A stretch of 64,000 bases of DNA, taken from the NCBI GenBank assembly GCA_951406725.2, contig OX597825.1, forward strand, positions 4,216,001 to 4,280,000. The letters are read 5' to 3'. Numbering within the stretch: the first letter of the stretch is position 1; each line of letters starts with the position of its first letter. Positions 54,411 to 64,000 of the stretch are shown here, piece after piece. Source of the DNA: Octopus vulgaris. Lineage: Eukaryota. The translations under genes and the position numbers were made by a program. The notes beneath the pieces are model-generated. The model saw only the letters and a list, made by a program, of their open reading frames with translations. It searched no databases and was not told the DNA's origin.

Positions 54411-55777
54411 TGTCAACCCTCCAAATATTACTACTCTCATGCTTTAGAGTGTTTCTTTTCGGATCTGTGAACTGCTAACTGTATACACACACACATGCAC
54501 ACATATATATGCATACATGTATGTATGTATATCGTTATATACATCTAATTATGCTTCTGTGTTTATGTTCTTGTATGTTTCCACAATGTGTTCTCAGTTG
54601 TATCAAATCTACCAGAATTAACTAAACAACGGCCTAACTACGACGTGTGAAAATAATATATAATACAAATAAGCTGCTTTTTATTTAAATTCGTCCGATT
54701 GTTGCTTATCCTGTCATCTCTTCTTTTTAAAACTATAGAGAAATTCATTATTTCTAAATTTCATTTTGTGTGTCTCTCTCTTACTGTATTTTTTTCTTTT
54801 ATTCAATTACTGCATATATAGGTGTAGTTAAATATTTAAATTCTAAAATTTATAGTTTTGAGAAAATTCAAATACAGTTTTGAAATTTTTTCATCATCAT
54901 CTTATTTACCAAATTTATGGTATATCTTACATACTTATTAAAACCTGTTATATCTTACATACTTATTAAAACTTGCTTGTTATATGAATATACCGTAGAT
55001 AAATATATTCTGTAATTGGTAAAATACATGTGAATACGACATGTTCCTATAAATTCTTTGACGCCAATTCGTATTTTTTTCAATTCAAGTAAATTTCCAA
55101 ATTTTAATAATGTTGAATTTTCAGCCCTGGTAATATTTTATCCATTATTAATTCGTAGCTTTAGTGCATATATTATTAGTTATATAAACTTTCAGGTATA
55201 TACCTCACATACTCTATTCTTATCATGACTGACCCAGCCTTCATCGGTAAGATTAATGTGTGGGCCGATGGATTTCCAAAACACCGAATTCCACGTCCAA
55301 TATTGATTGATATGTTTTTTCTTACCTCCTAACGTGTCGGTATATGAAACACAATGATATGGCAAGGTTCCCATGTATTCTCTCCATTTGTTTTAATGAA
55401 CTTTTCTTCAACTTGCGTATTTTTACAGTGTAAATGAAGACAACTTACAAGGGACAAACACAAAAAATAAAAAAAATAATAAAAAATCTTCACTCAGAAT
55501 AACTTAAATAGATTTCAATAAGAAAGGTTTTGCTAAGTTAATTACAACGGTCTAGACAGCTATTAGATAAATAGATATTGCGAACACTGCAAGTGACACA
55601 TCTGCCACAGAAAATGAGATTAAATTAGTCTCTTTCATGGTTTTTATCGACTCTGTTATGGAAAGTTCTAAGTTCTTTAAATAATGATTCCGATGATTGT
55701 CAGATCATCGTTAGGCATCGGAGAAGTTATACTGATGAAATGATCTGCGTTAGATTCGTTAATTCAATATATATGTA

Positions 55778-55864
<87 letters not shown>

Positions 55865-56149
55865 GTATACGTATGCATTATGTATGTATATACATACATA
55901 TATGTATATGTACATACACACGCAGGTATGGAGAGAGATAGAATTCTGTATACGTATATATATATATGTGCAAAAATATATATGTGTATATACATATGTT
56001 TCTGCATATAACTAATATAGGCATATGCTTATGCAGATATACACATATGAATATAAGAGAGGAGGGCATATGTGCACGTGTATACCCACATATATATAGG
56101 TATATGTATATATAATATTAATATGTATGTATATATTTACACACACACA

Positions 56150-56239
<90 letters not shown>

Positions 56240-57152
56240 CATATATATATATATGAAGGCGTTTATATATACACCGTACCCCATACCCACATGCAATTAC
56301 ATACACACACACATAAACAGAGGGTAATTGAGACAGAGAGAGAAGGGGAGAGAGAGAGTAGTGCATAGACTTGCTAATATATTCTATCACTGTATTCATG
56401 AACAATAATCTTATTGGTTCACTGCATTGTTGGGGGTGAAATAACAGCTGGTGTTCGTAAAATCGTCTTTTGAAAGTTAGAATATTGTCAGATGTTTTGG
56501 TTCTGATTGAAGATTTTGTAACTTCTATCATATATATTTAATGTTTGCGGTTTTATTCGTTCGTGCTTGTATATGTGTCTCTGCGAGTGTGTATGTATGC
56601 GGGCATGTGCGTTTGTATTGATCATCGATTCCGACAACCTCCTGTCCAATATGCTCAAAGTGTTGTGTCATCAGACGTCGAGGGACAGAGTGGTTGTGAG
56701 CGAGTGTACAAGTGTAGGAAAGTGTCCAGGCGTGAAAGTAGTTGTCTGCTTCCATCATCGTCTTTTAATTGCAATAAAAAGCATACGTCTGAATTTCTAT
56801 TGTATAAAACTTACGTATATCTTACATTGTGATATTCTTGCAACAATCTGTCTTCTGTGATGTCAGACGTTGAGGGATATGCTTTGTGTAGCCTGGGCTT
56901 TATTAAATATAATGATACTAAGTGATATCTTGTTCTTATACATTGAGATGATTCGGTACAGTAGATGATACATCAAATCCGAAATAGCCAGGCTTACTTA
57001 CTCCAAGATATTGTGGATAATTCATTCACACTCAAATGGCCATTGGTGCCTCAATGTTTCACAGCCGTGCCCCTCGTCATATATATACATACAATGAAAA
57101 ATAACTACGTGCCCCTCGTGTCGCCTTGTGTGTGTGCATTTAACCCTAGGTG

Positions 57153-57239
57153 TTCCTGCTGAAGACGCTTGCACCTGGTGAGTATATATGTTATTCATTT
57201 ACTCGCTAAACTAAAATCAGAAACCAATTGGTACGGGAA
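57153..57239 (+). ncRNA. Type-I hammerhead-like motif with long stem II and 10-nt palindromic helix III
   Basis: UUCCUG-CUGAAGA-...UGGUGAGUA/UACUCGCUA...-GAA-ACCAAUUGGU-A-CGGGAA. The downstream tail ends in (TA)n at about 57476. Confidence 0.65.
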
Positions 57240-57505
57240 ACTAGATGGTAAAATGTTTTCGCTTTTCATTTCGTTCCTGTCGAATTTTATCCCTCCCTAA
57301 TTTTGTGGTTATAGAACCTAGCTGTTCTTTCTAGCGTGTTGAATCCTATGAGTGGATTCCTCGTGTATTTAAATGTATACTGTATCTTATGACTAATACA
57401 TAGTATGTTGGACAAAATTTTTACACGTTAGACCACTGGAAATGTAAATTTTAATTAATGTTCATTTCCCTTTGATATATATATATATATTTATATATAT
57501 ATATG

Positions 57506-57560
57506 CTAGCAGCTAAGCCCGGTTTCACCCGGTCTTTTTGGATTATGTGGCTGTGATCGT
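57506..57560 (-). mobile_element. Helitron-like 3' terminus
   Basis: Minus strand CCGG-gtgaaa-CCGG hairpin, 9 nt, then CTAG beside a (TA)n tract. Confidence 0.5.
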
Positions 57561-57583
57561 TTTCGGTTAGGCATAATCTATAA

Positions 57584-57860
57584 CAGCGTTTCTCAACCTT
57601 ATTATTTCCGGCCCCCTGTTTCGATTGGAATCCCCAGCTGCATGAACATTTCCTGACAAACCTCCACCCCATCCCACTTGTCAGGAAACAGCTTTCTTAT
57701 TTGAGAAGAAAGAATTGTACGTAGTCTGTTTCTGAGAGCTATTCTATTGGACCTCTGTCCAATCATTAAAACATTGATTTAGTTAAGAACATAGAAACAA
57801 ATTATACATTAATCCCTATTTTTGTAAGCAGTTGTATCCGTAAAAATTTTATTTAGAGAA
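57584..57860. mobile_element. Possible hAT-like non-autonomous end
   Basis: CAGCGTTTCTCAACCTT resembles Charlie-type termini; internal 11-bp IR tttcctgacaa/ttgtcaggaaa. No partner TIR found. Confidence 0.35.
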
Positions 57861-59324
57861 AGCAGAAATTGAAGGATGATATATGAAATGGATGTGTGTG
57901 TGTGTGTGTGTATATGTATGTGTCTATGTGCGTGTGTGTGCGTGCGTGCTTGCGCGTGTGTATGTGAGAGAGAAAGAGGGTGAGAAAGTGAGATAGAGTG
58001 AGTGAGTAAATGTGTGTGTTGTGATGATTGACGTATTTGTACATAGTCTGCTCTTATTTCTTTATTGCCTACAAGGGGCTAAACACAGAGGGGGACACAC
58101 AACGACAGACAAAGTCGATGATTTGAGTTTCTTCTAACATGCATCTTCAACTTCGAGAAACATTTTAAAAACCATGTTTTTAACAAAATTCTACTTCTTA
58201 TGGCAGTTGATGTATTTCATTTTAGAGTCGCTAATAAAAGTTGCAGAGCGGTCAAATTTAACTGGTCTTTGTGTATTCTTATTGATATTCCTCCTGACTT
58301 AAATTAACCAAGACACAAAATATTATTAGGGCTTAAGCCACATTGCATTCATTCAACAATAGTCGCTAAAGGTCTACTAGATTGCAGCTGTATAGGATAC
58401 TACATACCGTATCGGATTACAATGTGGTATAGTAGCCGAATGCACTCTAGGAGCATTTTTGGGTGATTGTCACAGAAATCCATACGTTTCACTACATATG
58501 GTAGGGAAATAGCTAGCAAACAAGGGTGACTTAGAAATATGTGCTGGCAATTATGGTGAAGAAGTATTCCTACAAATAACAAAAATTGTGAATATATATA
58601 CTAGCGCTTTATCAAATGGGTCCTCAAAGGTATATTAGATGCATTGATGTAAAAAAGTGCTTTCAATCTTTCACTATCCACATCTAATTGATTTTATCGG
58701 GCAGCGTAGTTTCGTCGCCTCAGTACAAAGCAGATGCCATTCTCTAAATGATATATTTTATTCCTTAGAACCTTTTATTCGTCTCTCTTTTTCCCATCTG
58801 ATATATTTGTTAGCGTTTTGAGTATTTATTCATCTATTCTCATTATGCAATATATTTTTTGTTGTACTGTATTTTCCTTTCTTTCGTCTACAATATCTTT
58901 TTATCTCTTTCTGGCGTGTTTATTTTTTGCATTTCATATTGCGATTATTCCTTTAGCGTCTCTTCTATTTAAGGTGCGTTTCATCTACCTGTCTTTTATT
59001 CCTCTGTTATCTGGTTCCTATGCTTTGACTCATCTTACCTAAACTAAACTCTTTTACAACTGCTTTAATATATTATCTGCTTTATATTACATTTGTTAAT
59101 TTCTTTTTCTCACTTTCTATTATTCGATGAAGCATGATTCGTTTATAAATATACGGAAACTGAGCTGCATATTTCAAAATGCTATCTGAAAAAAATCGTT
59201 AGTAACCGATTCCATTATTGATTATTGAAATATATAAGTAATGAAGGGACTAAAATACCAACTGTTTATTCCTGTTTGTTCTTGTAAGCTGCACCTGACT
59301 CTGCTTCCTACTTCGTGGAGCCGT

Positions 59325-59770
59325 TGTGAAACATTTCTGAGACGCGATGAGACGAAAACGCTCGATGTGTGGCAAAGTGGAGAATGGTAGTTTCATCATG
59401 ACAATGGTCCCGTGCACCCTGCAATGAGTGGGAGACAGTATCTGACAAAAAATGGCAAGGCCACGCACACTTATACACCCTATTCACCCTATTTTCATCC
59501 CTATGATATTTTTTGTTCCCCCGAATTAAAAAAAATGTCCTTAAGGTAAACGTTTTGTAGATGCGGAAGAAGTGAAGAAGAAAACGAAGGAGGCGTTAAA
59601 AGCATCACTTCGCAAGAGTTCCAGGATGGCTTCGAACAGCCGAAAGCGTGTCAGGACTAATACACAACTTCAAATAGATAAATACATTAAATGTGATAAA
59701 TCTGTTTACATGTAAAGCAAGTAAATATAATATTGCAAAACCCCGGCTTCTTTTGGGGGCCCGCCTCGTG
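59325..59770 (+). mobile_element. Mariner 3' remnant, same family as 35054-35933
   Basis: FHHDNGPVHP, YTPYSPYFHPYD (cf. YSPDLAPxD), KRFVDAEEVKKKTKEAL; right TIR ccggcttcttttgggggcccgcctcgt. Confidence 0.85.
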
Positions 59771-60385
59771 TATATTTTCCCAACCTTATAATTTGAGGCC
59801 TGTTGATATCTTTACAGCCTTAGAATGTAAGGCTTCTTGATAGCTTAATTTATGGTGTAAGGGAGATAACCCTTTCCATTGTTTATATTTTGGCCAGACT
59901 TAAGATATTTCGCAATACGAAACTGGAAACGAAATTGAGACGGGAGCGAAACGGAAACGAAACGTAACGGATGTGGTTGAGCATTTAGGGTCAACGCTAC
60001 CGTGAAGATTCACCAAATCAAGTCCAAGTCCAAACAACAGTCAGGTCAATGCAATGCCTCAGACATTTACGAGAGGCCTAGTTTGGGGCGTATAGACACC
60101 GATTATCAATGGAAGGAGGACCAGGGCCAGACCACAGTGCGCAAGGCCTCTTTGCTCTGCTTGCTCAATGTACAAGATGAATGGATGAATCTGAAAGCCC
60201 CGAGAGTTTGGAGAAGAAACCGCGGCTGAATTTATCGCCGGTGATGGATGTGGATCCAGATGGACAAAAGACTGAACATCATCCTAATCAACATTCTGAA
60301 GGACGCTATTCATTACACATACAACTTACAAACAAGACTACTTTTACATTTACAGGTACAAACACACGAATACATACACACAAAC

Positions 60386-60439
<54 letters not shown>

Positions 60440-60518
60440 GTAGATAGATAGATAGATAGATAGATAGGTAGGTAGGTAGGTAGGTAGGTAGGTAGGTAGG
60501 TAGGTAGATAGATAGATA

Positions 60519-61693
60519 CGTTTCTTTATTGGCCACACAGGGCTGCACACAGATGGGACATGTTACAAGGTAGAGCTTTTCTTTTGGGGGATGAAAAAAA
60601 CAAGAAACAAAATAAAAAAAGGGGTGGCGTAGGTTTTCGATCAAGGGGGATCGTAAAAGGGAAGAAAAGAACAAAAAAAAAGAAATAAATAAAATAAAAA
60701 AAATAAAAAGAATAAGAAGAAAAAAAGAAAAGGAAAAGGAACAAAAGAAAAGAGAAACGAAAAAAGAAGAAAAAAGGGGAAAAAAAGGGGAAGAGGAAAC
60801 AAAACGATCAATAGGGATCGTGTATCACAGTGTTATGATATATGGTGTAAAGGGGAAAGCAAGTAAGGTTTATCCGTGGGAAGAAAAGCCTACGAAAAAG
60901 ACCACGGTAACCTTGGTCAATATTGTTATATGTTACCACATTTGTTTGCAAGTGGGTAACCCTCTGTTTTCAATTTCTGGGTTCATAGGATTATGCTCAA
61001 GGTGGCTTCGTCATTCATACGTGCCATCCTTGCTACATTCACCCATCTTTTTTTAAAACATTCGCTAGACAAAACTTACCTCTCTACTCTCACTTTCCTT
61101 TTCAAGTGGTACTTGAAGAAGTTGATGAGAGATTGACCAGAGAGGAATGTGTTTGTCTCCAATCCTTTCAGACGAGTCCACCAGATACATTCTTTCGCCA
61201 TAGCCACAAGGATGATGAAAATAACTCTTCCTTCCCGTTTGAAGGAAGGATGCGTGACAATATTGACGATAGACTCAGCTGATAAACCGACTCGTCCCAC
61301 ACGTGACAGCAGTTGTTCGACATAAGCCCACAGGTCGGAAATTGTTGGACACTGCACGAGTGCGTGCAGAACGGTTTCGTCGCTCTGACCGCATCTCGGG
61401 CAGGTCGGCCCCGTGTTTCTCGAGCCGTGTCTGTAGAGCTTATCCCGAACGGGTAGCGCTTCTCGGTAGCACTGCCAGGCCAGGGATCTCTGGAAGTTGT
61501 CCATGTGCCCTGTCCCGAAAGTCGTCCTGAACAGGCGGGTCAGGTACTCCTCGTCGACGTCCAGGTTCGCCCCGAGCTCGTCGTCGTACCTCCCCTCCAC
61601 TAATCCCCTATAGAATGCTTTGGTTGTGTTGAAGTCACTCAAGGTCGACCCAGGACGGCAGAGTTGCTTGAGAGCAACGCGACACTCGCGGTG
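60519..61693 (-). mobile_element. Young 5'-truncated Tx1/L1-clade LINE (ORF2 C-terminus and 3' UTR)
   Basis: GC-rich coding block with a zf-RVT-like knuckle, T-rich 3' UTR, AATAAA then (TATC)n. Both ends abut (GATA)/(GGTA) arrays. Confidence 0.85.
60983..61693 (-). pseudogene. LINE ORF2 C-terminal fragment (zinc knuckle CX2C..H..C)
   Basis: WQCYREALPVRDKLYRHG...CPRCGQSDETVLHALVQCP...W...AKECIWWTR. One in-frame TAA at 61076-61078, after which the frame continues VLSSECFKKRW..LSIIL to TGA at 60983. Confidence 0.85.
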
Positions 61694-61804
61694 ATAGATA
61701 GATAGATAGATAAATAAATAGATAGATAGATAGATATATAGATAGATAGATAGATAGATCGGTAGATAGGGTAGGTAGGTAGGTAGGTAAGGTAGGTAGG
61801 TAGG

Positions 61805-61881
<77 letters not shown>

Positions 61882-62022
61882 GCATACGTGGGTTTGCAGA
61901 TTCAACCAAACATAATGATAAATATTAAAAAGAAGAAAAGAGGTAACCATGGGTGAGGTAATATGTATATATATATATATATGTATGTATGTAAGCATAT
62001 ATATATATATATATATATATAC

Positions 62023-62058
<36 letters not shown>

Positions 62059-63522
62059 AAGAGAAACATAGAAAGACAGAGAGTGAGAGTTTGATTATAT
62101 GCATACAAGCGGAGATGAATGTGTAGGTGCACAGATACATATTTACTTGACTATCTCATCGATGTTACATACACACCTAATGAAGGAACGATGTGCTATG
62201 ATTAGAAGCTTGTTCTTTGCACGAAGCAGACATAGATCAATGCATATAAGGGGGATGGGGAGAGATACACTGACGGACAAAGACAAAGACAGGGAGAAAC
62301 TCAGTGTGTGTGTGTTTGTGTGAGTTGGCATATTGATTACATTACATAGCATATGAACATTTAGCATAGCGTTAAATACCAAGAATTGGACTATTGGCAT
62401 ATTACGCCATCCACGCCTGCTTAAGAAAATATATGCCGCAGGAATTTGCAGATAGTTGCTTCGCAATGACCCATAAAATCAGTATTATATTCAAGTGATT
62501 TAGTAACTTGTTCAGCTCTCGTCACTAGGCAGATGAAAGCTTCATCCATCTTTGGAGGTCAACATTTGAAATATTGTCTATTGAACCAGAAGTCGTTCAT
62601 TTAATTAGCCACAAGCCTATGATCCAGTTAAAATCTGATTTTATCACCGTCAATAATGACGCTAATGCTAAACTAACGGAATGAAATCTTTTACACGAAA
62701 TCGGAATTCTCATTAATAGCTTTGAGCCTCCAGCCGTCGATAATTAAGGAAAAATCTCTAACTGCACAAACGATCTGCAATTATTAACACTTTGTATACA
62801 AGCAAAATCCAGATATTCGTTGAGTGACCTTAGCAATGAACTATTCTGCTGTATATTATGTGTTTATTTGTATTGCATGAATAGAAAGGCGCGATTACAC
62901 GCATATTTGGACCTTAAAGTTTTTGTTAGTCTGTGAATGACGGTAAAGAACGGAAATCAAATCAGCTTTTCTTGAATATTCTATAGCGTGATGAATTATG
63001 TTACGGAAGACATTAAAATGTGTTGAGCTTATTTTTCTAAAGTGAACAAAGTAGATGTTGATCGTTTGATAAATATGCAGCTTGTAATTATGTTTTAAAT
63101 TAGGTGATTGTAATTATAAATCATTTGATAATGTAAGTTCATATTTTCAATCATCAAGTTGTGTTGATTGTAAATAATATAAAATCCAAGGGAATATAAG
63201 ATGATAAATTTTAATCAATGTGATAGATTCTGGATAAGATTGCTTAACTGTGCGTGGTGCTTTTGTGTGTGACTTACTTATAGCGGTTATGCTGACGGCA
63301 GAGTAAATATGATGTCCAATCCTATCAACTATTATAATTGGTCTCCATTGTTTATGAACGCATCAATGTTTAGATGAAGTAATTGCGCTTCTGTTCATAC
63401 AATTTCACTGTCTAACGTAATTTGCATAAACATTACGGTAATTATATTCATTTGCATGTCGCTCTGTTTCGGAATATTTCTCATAAACAGTCTCCCCACA
63501 TATCTCTCTCCAGAAATAGGAA

Positions 63523-63624
<102 letters not shown>

Positions 63625-63837
63625 CACATTCATGTATGTATATATTTATGTGTATATATACATATATATATATGTGCTTATATACATGTATATATATACA
63701 CACACACGCACACACAAATGAATAGACACCACATAGAACACTGTTTTATGTTTATACTAACTTGTAATAGTTTATGGTTTATAATTTTCATTAATCGACA
63801 TTTTTATTTTTCAGGTTCTACATGTGACTGTGTAATC

Positions 63838-64000
63838 ATGCCATATGCACACAAGAAGCCTTAAAACTGTGTAAATTTCAAAGAGGCCTTTTTATGGGTC
63901 ATTCTCAACGTGGACATAGCGTAAAATCGCAGAAAACCTAAGGATCCCACTTTCTAAAGTTAATAGAGTGATTGTGCAAATCATGCGACATGGGAAGGAT
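63838..64000 (+). pseudogene. Tc1-like transposase N-terminal HTH remnant, running off the window end
   Basis: KLCKFQRGLFMGHSQRGHS, frameshift, RKIAENLRIPLSKVNRVIVQIMRHGK (cf. LSEFxRGxIxG....S.RxIA..L.IP.STV). Confidence 0.6.

Noticed and set aside
54921-54976. Short tandem duplication of about 28 bp (also 12-mers at 53441-53484)
   Set aside because: Ordinary slippage-type duplications with no further structure.
61694-61909. N-terminal part of the 277-aa ORF (LSIY repeats)
   Set aside because: Translated (TATC)n flank fortuitously in frame with the truncated LINE ORF2.
63800-63864. tttcag acceptor as the start of a host exon
   Set aside because: All frames close quickly; the downstream sequence reads as a frameshifted Tc1 HTH.

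Overview
AT-rich, microsatellite-saturated animal DNA, most likely intergenic or deep intronic. The SINE families look like those I recall from Octopus (coleoid cephalopod); this is inference from recalled consensus sequences, not a database search. I can support no intact host gene: most ORF-track entries are translated (TA)n, (CA)n, (GATA)n or (ATT)n repeats. The window is a layered transposon graveyard. It holds tRNA-derived SINEs (an abundant OK/OR-like family, a CORE-type and a Meta-domain type with internal tandem amplification) and five Tc1/mariner remnants. It also holds a Helentron-type HINE, a Helitron-like 3' end, a young 5'-truncated Tx1/L1-like LINE inside a (GATA)/(GGTA) microsatellite, and decayed Penelope-like, L1-like and probably Gypsy coding fragments. 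The most striking hidden signal is about a dozen type-I hammerhead-ribozyme-like motifs (stem I - CUGANGA - stem II - GAA - palindromic helix III - stem I') from several sequence families. Many sit in short elements abutting (TA)n tracts, several occur in inverted arms, and two lie at the centre of a related foldback family with long terminal inverted repeats. Most copies carry at least one deviation from the active consensus. All folding and translation was done by eye.
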